DNA of 64,000 nt. Origin: Euglena gracilis. Its lineage: Eukaryota. This document shows positions 1 to 13,652 of the stretch, one piece after another. The stretch spans positions 39,983,572 to 40,047,571 of the forward strand of contig CP154954.1 of assembly GCA_039621445.1 (NCBI GenBank), in the 5' to 3' direction. The position numbers were made by a program, and so were the translations under genes. Numbering within the stretch: the stretch's first letter is position 1; the number at the start of each line of letters is the position of its first letter. The notes beneath the pieces were generated by a model that had not been told where the DNA came from, did no database searches, and saw nothing but the letters and a program-made list of their open reading frames with translations.

Positions 1-2292
1 GGTGCGTGTGTGCGTGGGGCCCATTTTGTCAAAACCTCAGACCAGGGTTTGCTGTAGGGTGTCATGGCTTCGGTTTTGCCGCTACCACCCCTGACTGCAG
101 GGAGGATGCCCATCACCCCACCCACCTGCCAAGGGAAGGTGTCCAGACCGACCCCAGAGGGGCCCCCAGAGCGTCGTAATTTTCTTTTTCGGCGCTCTGC
201 ACGGAAACTTTTTTTTGGCATTTTCGGCAAAATTTGTCCCAAAACGTGCCTGAAATAATGTTTTGGGTAGATTTGGGGTGACATTCCCCCATCCCTTCTC
301 GCCTGGCCAAAGTCAGTCTGTTTGGCCGCCCTGTTGTTCAGGTTGGGGATTGACCATTTTGCCCCGGGTGCTTGCGAATGGGGAGAAAACGGTGGAAATC
401 CTGTGAAAGAGTTGGTGTCCGTCTCCAAACGGTTTTAAACGTTGTAGGGGGCTCTCCCCACCCACCCACTCGCTGGGGCCCGGGGGACGGGGAACCCACT
501 CACTTTTCCCCGAAAATGGCCAAAAATCGCGAAAAATGCTAAAAATAGCACCTTTTTCAAAAACTTTCAGCGCCGAAACGTATAGCCAACCCCCCCCTGC
601 CAAGGGGGTCCAGCCAATGTGCCTGCATTTTTTCCAGCCAGGAGCTCCCAACCAGGCTGTGGACCCACCCTCAGGGTCCGCTGGGGAACACCCCGCTGTG
701 GACCAGCCCGGCAAAGACCGAGAAAAAAAGCCCTTGCGTTTTCTCCCTCATCCGTCCCCCCATTCTCAGGTGATAGGACATTTGCCTGCAAGGAGCTGTG
801 CCTGGCCCTGGGTGGCCGCAGTTGCATTTCTTCAAGCCCCCTGGGAATTGGGAAGGTCTTCCAGGTGTTCCCCAACAAGAAGGCGCAGTGTTTGCAGCCG
901 AAGGACGGTTGTCTTGAAGGTGTGGCAATGCTGCCGTCTTTGGAGTGGTTGTGTTCTAAAATGAGTCTTTTTTTAAAAAAAAGTGATGTAACCCCCCCTT
1001 TCCCCCCCCCCGTTTTTTGCCCCCACCCGGGGTTTTTTTTTACCCTTGGACCCTGGGGGGGGGTGGGGGGGGTGGGTCCCCCCCCCTCACCCGGGGGTGG
1101 GATATACTTTTTGGTGCCGAAAGTTTTTGAAAAGGTGCCATTCTTAGCATTTTTCGCGATTTTTTGGCCATTTTGGGGGGAAAGTGAGTGGGATCCCCCC
1201 TCCCCCACTCCTGGTCTTTTTTAAAAAAACCCCTGCCCCCAACCACCAAATTGTGATTTATGACTCCCCCGAAGGAAAAAAAAAAGGCAAAAAATGCTGA
1301 GGAATCAAAAGGCAAAAATGTGCCAAAATTGCTGTGCCGAGAAAAAACAGGTGTGGGGTAGCCTGGCACTGAGGGGTTTTGGCAAAATCCCGTGAAATTG
1401 CCCAAAATATTTTGTTTTTTACCCCTCTGGTGCACAAGTCAGGGGTATTTTTGGGACGGCTTTTTTGGCCACACACCAAACCTCGACTTATAACCCCCCC
1501 TCCCCGCTTTGGACCGACGAAGAAAGTTAGTGGGGGATTCAGATTTCCTAAAATGTCCAAAACAGCGGTTGTAGTATTTTTTTTTATTTTGTTTGTATAC
1601 TGTTTGTTTTCCCCCCTCCCCCATCCGGCATTCTTGTGTTTCCGGAGGCGCTGATTTTGGGCCAAGCTTTTGTTTTGGCGCGGACGGAATTTTTCTTGTC
1701 CGCGGTCCCAACTCACTCACTTTTCCCCGAAAATGGTCAAAAATCAGGAAAAATGCTTAAAATAGCACCTTTTTCAAAAAATTTCGGCGCCGAAAAGTAT
1801 ATCCACCCCCCCCCTGCCAAGGGACCAGCCGGCAAAGGCCGAGAAAAGAAACCTCATACCCTTGCATTCTCTCCCTCATCCATCCCCCCATTCTCAGGTG
1901 ACAGCCGAGAGGACAGCCATGTGTGGGTGTGGCACCCAGATCTGCTGGCCATGGGGAGATGGATGGAATTACGTTGTTTTTTTAAATGACGGCGGCAGCG
2001 GCACCATGCAATGCCCAGATGGCCTGGCCATGTGGTGGGTGGTGAGGGTGCGGTGTGGTGCGGTATGGGTGTGGGGTGGGTGTTGTTGCCGAGTGCCAAT
2101 GTGCGAGCAGAGCAGAGTTTAATAACCATTTTTGGGATTCAATCCCCCCAACCCCAAGCCCTCCGATTGAGTGACCCCCATGATCATCTTGTTGTGGTCA
2201 ATATGGCCCCCTCTGACGTTGCCTTTGGTTTTGGCTTTGATGACCAGAGCTGCTGACAGCCACCTGGGCCAGGGCTGGGCTTTTGGATTGCC

Positions 2293-2486
2293 TGTGTGTG
2301 TGTGTGTGTGTGTTGTGTTGTGTGCGTGCGTGCGTGCGTGCGTGTGTGTGCGTGCGTGCGTGTGTGTGTGTGTGTGCGTGCGTGTGTGTGTGTGCGTGTG
2401 TGTGTGCGTGTGTGCGTGTGTGTGCGTGTGTGTGTGTGTGTGCGTGTGTGTGTGTGTGTGTGCGTGTGTGTGCGTGTGTGCGTGTG
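2293..2486. repeat. (TG)n/(TGCG)n microsatellite
   Basis: Direct reading. Similar tracts at 26585-26839, 32784-32846, 39010-39090, 49690-49780 and 53070-53280. Confidence 0.95.
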
Positions 2487-2923
2487 CCCCTGTGTGGGTT
2501 ATGTGTGTGGGTGAGTGGGTGGGTGGGTGGGGGGTTTGGCTGGGTGGTTGTTGTGTGGTTGTGTGTGCACCAACAGCCCGCATGGCCTTGTGGCAAGCGA
2601 GGCGATCCGCATCCACAACGCAACACCACCAGGGCTTTTGGGGCGTTGGGTTGTTGGTTTGGGTCGTTGGGTTTTTGGTTCCCTGTTCCCCCCCATTGGC
2701 CAACAATGAGCAAGCCATTGAGTGGTTTTGTGGTGTTGCCAATGGGCCGAATTTTGTGCTTGTAGTAGGTGTAGTAGGTGCTTGGGCATTCGGCCAAAGC
2801 ATTTCCGGAACCAAAATCCCCGCAACCCCCTGGATGGGGGTCGACCCCATTTCCGGTGGCGCCAGTTTTTTTTGGGTCAAAATTTTCCTTTGTCGCCCTC
2901 GGAAGGAATTTCCTTTGGGCGGT

Positions 2924-3427
2924 GCCAAGGTGGGTGGGGGGGGATCCAGGGGGGGGGGAATGCAACTTGCATTTGCGTTTTTTTTTTTGCATAATCAGGT
3001 TTTCCCGAAATTTTCATTTTTTTTATTTTTTTTCATAATTTATTTTGCCACGGAAAATTTTTTTGTAGTTGGTTGCCGTATGTTGGGATTTTTTTGCATT
3101 TTTTTGCATTTTTTACATAAAAAAATATTTTGCCCTTGAAAAAAAGTTTGTAGTTGGTTGGCATATGTTTGGATTTTTTGCATTTTTTTTGTGTTTTTTT
3201 TTGCATAAAATATTTTGCCCTGGAAATTTTTTTTGATTTTAGGCAGCAAAGCTCTGTTCCAGCTTTTCATATTCCAGCTTTTTCTCAAGGTTTGCATGCA
3301 AGTTGCATTTTTTTGCATTTTTTTTTGCATTTTTTTTGCATTTTTTTGCATTTTTTTGACTTGCATAATTTGAAGGGCCAAGTTGCATCCCCCCCCCACC
3401 CCCCGGTTGATCCCCCCCCATCTTGCC
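2924..3427. mobile_element. MITE-like element with internal TTTTTGCA repeats
   Basis: Inverted ends GGGGAATGCAACTTG (about 2955-2969) and CAAGTTGCATCCCC (3380-3393), extended outwards by G/C runs with GATC. Confidence 0.6.
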
Positions 3428-6400
3428 TTCCAGCACAGCCCTGCCAAAGTCCAGAAAAGCCCATTTTTTGGCTTTTTTGGCCCATCATTGTGGACCCCCC
3501 CTCCCCAGGTAGGGCAGAACGGTAATCGGCCGAACAGCCAGGGTGGTGGGGTGGGGGGGGGGTCGTCCCCCCCCCACCCCCTGTTCCCGTATTTCCAGCA
3601 GCACCAATTTTTGGACCCGAAAAAAATTTTCCGGCGCCGGGTGTTTTTTTTTTACCCATTTGGGACCCATATGGGGGGTCCCCCCAAAAACCACCCAAAA
3701 CCCCATTTTTTCACACCTTCCAAAAATTCACCATTTTCTCAAAATGTTGATTTTGAGAGGTTTTTGAAGCAAAAAAATGCCGTTGAAAGTCCAAAAAATT
3801 TCAAAGAGAAAAAATGTCAGTAAAATTTGATTGTGCCAAAATTTGGTCCACTTTTTTTGACCTTTGCTTTTCTCACCCCCCTCCTAAAAACTACCAATTT
3901 TCAACCCTGAAATTTTTGAGATTTTTTTTGTGAAAAAGTGTGGTTTTCCATCAAAAATCATGTGTTTTGGGTTCATTTTTCAAAAAAAATTCAAAATTTT
4001 TTCTGGCCAAAATCCCCATTTCCCCGAAATCAGTGAAAATGCTGTGGAGGTGAGGGGGGGTCGACCCCCCCCACCAGGCCTTCCCGTTCTGCCCAGGGCA
4101 CCCCAAGCCCCCCCCCCCCCCCCCGGTTGGTTGAATTCATCCTGATTGCCAATGCTTTATGCCCCAAAGGTCCAAAAAAAACGTTGCTGTTGTCGTTGTC
4201 GTTGTTGTTGTTGCTGTTGCTGCTGTATCATAACGCCGCACGCATTTTTGTTAAAAAATGATAATACAAATGAAATAAAAGTGAAAGTTGATATAATCAA
4301 CAAATGATGAAAGGTATCTTCAATGTGAAATATTGTCTATTGCCCCAAACTTTGATCAGGGCAAGTGCTGAATTGAACCTTGTGTAATAAAGCAAGTGCA
4401 TGGAAGAAGTATAATGTATTTTTGGAGGGTTCCAGGTTCTCAGGAAAGGTGTTGGCTCGATGCTTGAAAGTTTTGGGGAACCGCCAACAACTTTTGCAAA
4501 TTTTTCCAGCTGGACACCAGGGTTTTTTTGTCTTGGACTCCTCGGCGGGGGGTTGGTCCAGCCGAGCCCCCCCCCCCCTTCAGGGGGAGGAGTGGGGTAT
4601 ATTTTTCGGTGCCAGGGGTGGGTGGGTGCCCCCGGGCTTAAAAAAAACCCTGCTGGACACCTACCGGAAGTTGCCCCAACGGAAAGCCGTTCGCACTGCA
4701 ATTTTGTCGCCACAGTTGCACACTGGCACAATTTTCTCTGTCCAAACAGAGGCGGAGCTTTTAGATCCATATTTTATCCCAAATGAGAGTTGGATCACCC
4801 CCCTGATTTTTTGATTTTTTTTCTGCGGGTGTTCGCATTCAAAAGTTGGCATTCAAGAAGGATTCAAGTAGGGGGCCCTTGCTTTTTAAAGAAAAGAATT
4901 CATTTAAATTTCTATTTCACAGAATCCGGAGAAAGGGTTAGCATTACCTCGAGTGAAAACGGCGGAATCGTGGCCACCAGTGACCCTGCGAATTTTGACC
5001 AGACCATGGCTGGGGGGGGGGGGGGAGGTTCGTCGGCCGACTAGGCTTGGTCGGCGAGACGGGCATGGCGTGGGGGGGGGAATCGGCCGACCAACGGGCC
5101 AAGTTCGGAAACTTTTTAAACCCTCCTCTTTGAACAATTCCTGAGCAGAATTCCTGACCAAAATCAAAATTGGGCCAAATGGTCACCCTGCGCAAGTGTG
5201 GTCACCCATAGATGAGAAATGCACGGCCAATTTTGGCAAAGCACCTCGGGTAGTTACCAATGGCAGTGCTTTGTTTCTCAGGGGTAAGAAAACCAGTAGC
5301 CCAACCGAACCCACCCGGGCCTCAGCTCGGGTTTCCCAAAGAAACAAACGATGCTAACCCCCCCAAAAAAATTACACCATCCCTACCTGTGGCAAAAAAA
5401 AATCGGGCAAAATTTCGCCCCCCCACCTTTAATTCATCAAAGGCGCGCTTAGTCGACCCGCGGCCTCCTCCAGGGGGGTGGCCACCGCCCCCCCCCCCCG
5501 CACCCCCTCAAATAACAAAATCCTTTTATGCTGGCAAACTTCTTTGGAGAGGGGCTGCTTTTTTTTCAGCGGGGTCATTTTGATGGGGTTTTCCGAAAAG
5601 GTAATTTTTTGACCCAACCAGGCTTTTTTTTTGGTTTTGGACCCCTGGGGGGGTAGGGTCGATCCACACCCATCCAGAACCCCCCTGTCTCATCCCCCCC
5701 CAAAGGTCTGCCCACGCCAATGCTGAATCCCCCGTTGGAGCCCGGGGGCGGGGCAGGGACCCCCTGTTCACTTGCGAAGTGCATTGCGGGGTCCCGAAGT
5801 GTACTCCTAGCCTCCATTGCCCCCCCACAGTCGGGAAATTAAAATCGTGGGATGGTCTAGGGAAACAAAATAAACCCCCCCCCCAAATAATAAACCCCCC
5901 CGGTTTATTATTTGGACACCCGAAGTCGGGGTCCAGGGGGGGGTTTATTATTTGGGGGGTTTTATTATTTGGGCAAAATTTTCGAAGTCAAAAATTGACC
6001 CGAAAACCCCTCCACAGGCTCCAATGGTCACTTTTTTGGCATTTTTGGGCTTTTTTGAAAATTGGTTGCTTTTTTTTGGCATATTTTCTGCACCAATTTG
6101 ATCCATTTTTGTGTTTTTTTTTGCAGCATTTCTGCTAATTTTTTACTCTTTTTTCCTTTGCCCTCACACCTGCCAGAGGGGGGGGTTTATTATTTGGGCG
6201 GCCGAAGTCGGTCCTCAGGGGGGGGTTTATTATTTGGGGGGGGGGTTAGTGGGACACCCCCAAAAAATTCCATCACCCGGAGTTGGTTGGTCCGGCCGAG
6301 CCCCCCACCCGGGGGGGGGGGGGGGGGGGATATACGTTTCGGCACCGAAAGTTTTTGAAAAAGGTTCCATCCAGCATTTTTCACGATTTTTTTTGGCCAT

Positions 6401-7419
6401 TTTGGGGGGAAAGTGAGTGGGACCTCTTCTCCCCCGCTCCCGGTCTTTTAAAAAGAAAACACTGCCCCCAACCACCAAATTGTGATTCATGACCCCCCGG
6501 CAAAAAATGGCAAAAAATGCTGAGGAATCAAAAGGCAAAAATGTGCCAAAATTGCTGTGCCGAAAAAACAGGTGTGGCACTGAGGGGTTTTGGCAAAGTC
6601 CCGTGAAATTGCCCAAAATATTTTGGTTTTCCCCTCTGCTGCACAAGTCTGGGGTATTTTTGTGACGGCTTTTTTGGCCACGCACCAAACCTCGACTTAT
6701 AACCCCCCCTCCCCGCTTTGGATCGACGAAGAAAGTTAGTGGGGGATTTAGCATTCCAAAAATGTCCTTTTGTTTCTCAAGGGGGCAGAAAATCATTAAC
6801 CCAACTGACCCCACCCGTGCCTCAACTCGGGTTTACCCTGAAACAAAGGATGCTAAGTCCCCCAAAAATGACAAAATCCCTTCCTGTTGCCAAAAAAATT
6901 TGGGCAAAATTTCGCCCCCCCCCACCCCCTGTACCCCCCAACTTTCAATTCAGCAAAGGCGAGCTTAGTCGACCTGCGGCCCCTTCGGTGGTGGGTGGCC
7001 ATCGCCCCCCCCCCCCCCCGCACCCCCTCAAAATCCTTTTGTGTTGGCAAAATTGTTTGGAGGGGCTGCTTTTTTCTCAGGGGTCACCTTGGCGGGGTTT
7101 TCCTGGCCACTGCAAAGGTAAGAATTTGCCGGAACATGGCTGAAAACGGGAATTTTTTCTTCCGAATTTTTGTTTCTTCACCCCCGAGTCGGCGAACGTG
7201 ACCGGCTAGTAAACCCTCCGAAATATAAAGCCCCCATGGCTTTGCATTTGGACGGGATTTCAAGATCCCCAAGGGGGGCTTTTTATTGGGTGGGTAATCA
7301 AACTTTTTTGGCTGCCCCAGTGGCCTTAGGCGGCCATCATTTGCGGCCAAATACCAAATTTTATGCCAAATTTTCGTTGTGTGCTTTCAATGTCGACTGT
7401 CAAAGTTTGAAGGTGGCCG

Positions 7420-8300
7420 GTGGGCTCCAGATCAAGAGGGCCAGTTGGGCCAGAACTGATATCTAGGCCACTGGGGCCTGCATTATTACATCCCCCCTCA
7501 AAACTCTTCTCCAATGCCCATGGCAGGAGCAAGCTAAATCAAGGGGAGACCCTCTATGGGAAACATATGTCACTTGACAACACCAATGGCAAAGTGGAGG
7601 ATCAGAGAGCCTGTGAGCAGAGCACACCCCCCACCCAGCATCCAGAATTACAGAATGCTCTATCCCCCAGGGCATTAAGGCCAACACTCCCAACCCAGCC
7701 CACAGAAAATCAGGTCATTGGGGAAAAAAACTTCATGGAGGAAAAATGGGGAAACACCACCCTACACCAGAGACCAAAAGAGTCTAATATGGTGGCAGAA
7801 AAATCACCCCCCCCTTCAAACTGCAAGCTAAGCAAAAATGGAATCCAAACCCCTGGGAACGGTCCCCAAAATTTTCCACGAATCCAAAAACCGGAGCCAA
7901 TTTGGCCCTGAAACAGGCAGAAAAAATTGTGCTGGATTACGAGAAACCCGGTTCAGCCAATAAGGTGGTGGATTCAGACACCACACATAATTCCATGGTT
8001 TCTGATTTCCAAACCAGAAGAGGGACCAACAAAGTGGAGAATGATCTGCAGCTGCAGAGAACTGAACCAACATTTTACTGTGCAAACCTTCAAGCTTGAT
8101 CACATCCAGCAAATATTTCCTGTCCTGGCAAAAGACCACTGGTCACCCAAAATATGTTCAGTTTAGAATGGAAAAGGATGCCGACTTTCACATCCCCGTC
8201 GACCAGCCCCTAAGAACTTTTTAAGACATCAACTGGGGGGGGGGCAGGCCTTGTAATTCCAGGAAGGCTGTTTTCGCCTAAACACCATGCCCCAGATTTC
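7420..8300 (+). pseudogene. DIRS fragment (end of gag region and start of RT)
   Basis: MEEKWG motif shared with 12300-12440 (minus). AEKIVLDYEK, KWRMICSCRELN...FKLDHIQQIFPVL is paralogous to 9160-9400. Confidence 0.8.
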
Positions 8301-8669
8301 TGCATTTGTCATTTCTGCCGTCCAAGGTGTCCAGAAGGAGTTTGATTTCCTTGAACTGATTTTTTCGGTGAACTGGCTTGCCGAAATGATTTCAGCTTGG
8401 GTGCAGCCAAGGGCAGTCGTCCCCGGTTCTTGGACCCCGCTGGGGTCCGGTGGTATCCGGTGGTATCCGGGCCCAGCCAGGCGCTCGGGATCTTTTTCCC
8501 CGTCGCCATGTGGGTTCACGACATGATGTGATGTACTCATTGCTCACTCTGCGGTCGTTGGCTTCATCTATGCAAATGGCCACCAAATATTTGCCATTGC
8601 GAATCACATCCTGTAACTTTTTTTGACCTGATGGAACGCACATTTTTTGAAAAAAATCGCAAACCTTTC

Positions 8670-8940
8670 GCACTGCCTCGAGGCAAACCGAAAAAAGATG
8701 AAGGGACACCGAGGGCAAAGCACAAAGACCTTGTGAGGCCATGCTTTGCTCGCCGGCTGTTTGTTTTTGGATTGTGCTCCGCTGGGATAGGAGTCCTTGC
8801 TTAGTGCCGCCTTGCCGGAGTTGGCGGATGATGCTGCTCCGACGTGGCGACGTGGCTTCTTGCCCCTTGCCCCCCACCCTGCGCTGCCCCCCCTGGCCCC
8901 CATTTTCTTCCGACCGCTTTTGAAAACAAAATTTTCTGTC
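8670..8940 (-). mobile_element. Isolated DIRS right end (right ITR plus terminal extension), second subfamily
   Basis: Diverged reverse complement of 11870-12130, e.g. GGGACACCGAGGGCAAAGCACAAAGACCTTGTGAGGCCATGC and GCCGCCTTGCCGGAGTTGGC. Confidence 0.8.
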
Positions 8941-8959
8941 GAGGGCTTTTGAACACAAA

Positions 8960-11900
8960 ATTTAATTTACGGGTGGCGCGGTCGGGCTCACAAGGTCATT
9001 TTGCTCAAAGGTTGCAAAAAAGCTTGAAATGGTGGACAAAAAGTGCCTCCCCCCCCCCAACAAGATGTCAACTCATAAGGGGTGGCATTCAACCCCCCTG
9101 GGTCAGCCCACCAAAATTGTCCACCCACCCCAAAAACAGAGCAAATTTGAACCTACCCCAAGCAGAAAAAATACTGCTGGAATACGAAAAATCTGGATCC
9201 GTAAAAGAGGGTGAGGGATTCAACCACCCAGCACCTGATCCCCTGGTTTCTGATTTCAAAACCAGAGGGGGGGGGCAGACAAAATGGAGATTAATAAGCG
9301 ATTGCAGGGAAATAAATAAAAGGTTCCAAGTGAAACCCTTCAAGCTGGATCACATCCAACACATTTTTCCAGTTTTGGAAAAGGCCACTGGGCAGCAAAA
9401 ATAGACATGAAGGATGCCTATTTTCATATTCCAGTAAGTCCATACCTAAGGCCATTTTTAAGGCATCAGGTGGGGGGGGGCAGACCTGGGAATTCCAGGC
9501 AGGCTGTTTTGGCCTGAATGTAATGCCCCAAATTTTTATGTCAGTAATGAAGACATTCGAAAAACTGTGGAGGAAAAGGGGCATCGAGGTATTTATTTGC
9601 CTGGACGACATTTTACTGGTGGCCCCGACGCAAAACATCTTACAAAATCACCTGAACACAGTGGTCAGGGATTTAATCAAATCAGGGTTCAAAAAATATG
9701 TGAAAAAGTCCACCCTGCAGCCCACCAAAATCGTAAATCATCTTGGATTTCAGCTAAACTTCCAAGAGGGAAAATTACATGTGCCCCCCCAGAAAATAAA
9801 AACAGTAAAAAAGCAGCTGGGAAAAATGGTGAAAAAAGCTTGCATGTCAAAAAAGCAACTGGCTGCCATTTTGAGCCAAATCAGATGCAATCTAATCGCC
9901 TTGCCCTTTCTAAGGGCCTTTACGGGTGCCCTGGCAGTTTTTTTGGTGGAAAATTCCACTGACCCCTGGGACTCAAAAGACCCCATTTCCCAAAGAATAA
10001 AGGACCAATTAAGAGAAATAAAAATTCTGCTGGACACCTGGGGGTGCAGACCCTTCCCCCAAAGTGCAACCAGGGAGTTGCACTCAGACAGCAGTACCCA
10101 TGCCCGCGGGGGGGGGGGGGGCTGGACTTTGGAACAGGCAAAATTGTGCAAGAATGTTGGAGGGAAAACTCCATTTTGCACATAAATGCAAATAATTAAG
10201 TGCAGCAATAAGCACAGTTCAAAGCCTCAGCCAGCCAGGGGAAACTGTGTCCCTATCCGTGGACAATCAAGTAATTTTACTATTACTTAACAAAGGGGGG
10301 GGGGCAGAAAAGGCCCTTTCAATTCCACGCTAAGACCTTTCTTCAAATGGTGCATGGAGCACAACATAAACCTGCAGGTAAAGTGGGTCCCCTCCAAGGA
10401 ATGCCTGGCAGACCCCATAAGCAGGTGGGAAATGGACAGAGGGGATCATTCCGTGGACCCCAACTTTTTCAATGGCTAAGGCGGCAGTTCAAAAATTGCA
10501 TCAACCAAAAAACAGACCTCTTTGCCTCACCAGGCAACAAAAAACTGCCACAATTTGTGGCCAGGTGGCCACACTGGGGAGCCACAGCAGTAGATGCATT
10601 ACAATGTCCACTGGACAACATGGGTGATCTTTATGCAAACCCCCCTGGTCTGTAATCCAAAAATTTCTCCCCAGATTAAAAACGTTTCCACGGGCCAAAG
10701 TTTTGACGGTCACCCCCTACTTGGTTTCAGCCACATGGTGGTCCCAGTTAATAAAAATGAAAGTTCCAGGGACCCCCTGCCTGAAAATCACCCCCTACAT
10801 GGGTATGTTCACCAATTGCAGGGGAGAAAAAATGCCACCCCCAGGTGGCCCCTGCTTTGCATGATTTGCTCAGGCAAATTCTGGAGGGGAAACAAACACA
10901 AAATACAACCAATAATTATTTCTGGGAAGAAACTCCAGCTTAAAGCCTTATCAAAGCGCTTTTACGCTTTTATGGGTGATTTTGGACAAAATGGGGGTAC
11001 CCCCCCCCCGCCACCACTCCCCAGTGGTTGACGCTTTAATTCAAATGTTCCAGTTTTCAAAGGCTCAAGCACGCAATGCATACAGTGCTATGCTTTTGAT
11101 CCCTGGCTTTGGTGGCCTAAGGTTCCGTGCCACGTTGGCACCTTATAAAAGGCTTTGGAACCAAAACCTGGTGAAATATGGTGCATTCTGCGATCCCCTC
11201 CCAATCCTCCTGGGGCTGGCACAGTCCCCCCTGCCCTCTGATATATACATTGTGTACACAACTCATTTTCTGTTCACGAATCCTCTGTTTATACAGAAGC
11301 TCATATTTGGCACAGGTCAAAAGGACCACCAGTGTGTTTGGGGGGGGGGCACCCTATATCAAAATTCAACTTAAAGGTCAAAAACTCCATAAGTGGGAGC
11401 GAGTTGTATCCATTCCCGAATGCCCCCAAATCAGTCCCTTTCATTTAATGATGTCTTATGGGGAGCAACACGTTCCTTTATGATACCTGAGGGCCCCCTG
11501 TTAATTACGTTAAAATCCCCCTACAAAGCCATTAAGGCAGATACCATTGCTTCTATCACCAAGAATTTTTGACCAACAGGGGGTACCCCCCCAGATTTAG
11601 GGATCCCACTCCACCAGAGGAGCAGGGGTTGGTTTATTCAAAAAATTGGGCCTTTCTGCCCAAGAAGTTTGTGAAATTGGTCGATGGAAGGGGTGGAGGC
11701 TTTCACAGCCAAATATCAAAGAGGGTGCTTTGGAAGGTGCCCTGGCCCCCCCTTTTTCAGTGCACAATCTGACCTCACAATGGCAAAGTGCGGAGCCCGA
11801 GGTGTCACCAAGGGCGAAGCACAAAGACATTGTGAGCCCGACCCCCCCCCACCCATATGCAAAAATTTGTCTTCAAACGCCCTCGGTCAGAAGAGGGGGC

Positions 11901-12134
11901 CAGGGGGGGGGGGAGGTGGGGGGGAACCCCCCAGGGAAAAAGAAAGCGCCATGGTCGCCACGTCGGAGACAATGCAGCCAACTCCGGCGAGGCGGCACTA
12001 ACCGGGACCTCCTAACCCAGCGCAGCGAACAATCACACAACAAAGCGCCGGAGAGCAAGGCATGGCATCACAATGTCTTTGTACTTCGCCCTCGGTGTCC
12101 CTTCCTCCCCTTTCGGCTTGCCTCGAGGGAGTAC
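8960..12134 (+). pseudogene. Degenerate, 5'-truncated DIRS copy of a second subfamily (RT-RNase H-MTase-YR, ICR, right ITR)
   Basis: WRLISDCREIN, FKLDHIQHIF, FICLDDILL, HSDSST, TDLFASPGNKK...LYANPP, ARNAYSAMLLIPGFGGLRF, PHSTRGAG (about 11605), EIGRWK. Many frameshifts and stops. ICR at 11773-11836; right ITR and end at about 11978-12134. Confidence 0.9.
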
Positions 12135-12210
12135 AAAGGCTTGTGCTTTGTCGGGCAGGCACCCCATAGCACCCGATCCGACCCCCCCCCCCCCCGGGGG
12201 GTGTGGTCAT

Positions 12211-12297
12211 CATCACAAGGGTAAAGTGCGGAACCGAGGTGTCTGGTACGCGCTCGAGGCAAACCGACAAGGCAGGAAGGTGCACCGAGGGCGAAGT
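12211..12297 (+). repeat. Orphan DIRS ICR (or circle-junction-like sequence)
   Basis: First half matches the left end at 13618-13652. Second half is complementary to the right end at 12083-12134. Confidence 0.75.
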
Positions 12298-13652
12298 GTC
12301 ACCCCATTTTTCTTCCATGGAATTTATTTCCTGGAGAAGCTGATTTTGGGAGAGCTGGGCTGGGGGTGATGGACATTTTTGGATTTTTTGCAACCTTTGA
12401 TGGAGGTGGGTGTCTCCCTTTATTTCCTCCATTGAATTTATTTTCTGGATAAGGTGATTTATGGGGTGGGCTGGGCTGGGGGTGTTGGACATTGCACCCC
12501 TAGGTCCCCTAGGGCTTGGGCCCTTGGGAAAATATTTTTTTTTTCTGTGGGGATGTGCATGCATTCTCTCCCTCTCTGCTCACCTCTCTGGAGGATCTGG
12601 TTTTTGGAAGACATACCATAGGGCTTAATGCCCCTGTTTGGCCTATCTGGTCTTCTCCATGTTAATGTGGTTGGTTGACATACCATAGGCGGGCCTCTGT
12701 GGGTTCCCCCCTTGATTGAATAATTGGGAATTGAGAAATAATTGTTGGAGGGGTTCCTGCCCCTCCCTCCATAAGGGCCACTGTTGGTCCCTTTTCCTCC
12801 TGGGGCTGGGTCATTGAAAGGGCCACTGTTGGTCCCTTTTTCCCCCATTTTTGGCAGACGGACTCTGTGGGTCCCTCGGGAGATTTTACCAGCAGCTTCC
12901 TTAGCTCCTTTGTGGCCACTGTGGGTCCACCCTGCTGGTCTCCAAGGTTTTCATGTATATTTTTTTCCCCCATAATCCATCTGTTTGTCTTTGTGGTGTT
13001 GACCTCCTTGGCCTTGATTCCATCTCCCCCTCTTCTGGCCAATTTGTGCGACAGGCGACTGGATATGCCCCTGATGTGTGGGCTTTGATTGTCCAAATGT
13101 GTAGTAATTTGGGCCTCCATGGCCCATCCTTTGCCCACCAAGGGCTGGGGCTGACCTCTGTCTTCTGGACCTTCTTGCCACAGTGGTCCAAGGACCGTGG
13201 CCGTCACTGGGGGCGGGGTTGGGCTGGGAAATTTTTGGGGTGGGGGTCTGGGGGGGAAAACGGCCACGGTTTGCCACGTGTCGACCGCGTCTCCAAGCTC
13301 TCCAGCTTCTGCGGACACTGCTCCAGGACGTCCGTGGCCATGCAACTCAAATTTCTTTTCCACTTCATTGCTCATTGAAGTCAACATTGAAAATTGAGTT
13401 CTCAATTGATATTCGTCTGGTTCGTGTCCTTCTGGATATTTTATTGAAAGCGACTTCTTTTCTCGGGTCTTCTTCGTTCGTGAACTCTCTCCTTTCTTCT
13501 GGGTGTCGAAGGGCAAGTTAGGAGTCAGCCAGCTCCGGCGAAAAAAGGCACCAAGCGGGACCTCCTAACCCAGGGCAGCTAACAATAACACAACAAAGCG
13601 CCGGCGAGCAAGGCGTGGCCTCACAATGGCAAAGTGCGGAGCCCGAGGTGTC
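12298..13652 (-). mobile_element. 5' part (left end, left ITR, gag-like region) of a second-subfamily DIRS
   Basis: 13618-13652 equals the first half of ICR 11773-11806. ITR 13528-13627 matches 11978-12075. Gag peptide DGHGPWTTVARR matches DGHGPWTTVVRK of the full-length element. Confidence 0.85.

Larger units (their letters stand above)
490..6770. repeat. Cluster of a dispersed repeat family (core CCCCGAAAATGGCCAAAAATCGCGAAAAATGCTAAAAATAGCACCTTTTTCAAAA)
   Basis: Copies at about 495-605 (+), 1100-1195 (-), 1712-1825 (+), 6330-6422 (-); further copies at about 38580-38680, 49900-49985 and 55382-55485. Segment 1100-1560 is duplicated at 6325-6770. Confidence 0.85.
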
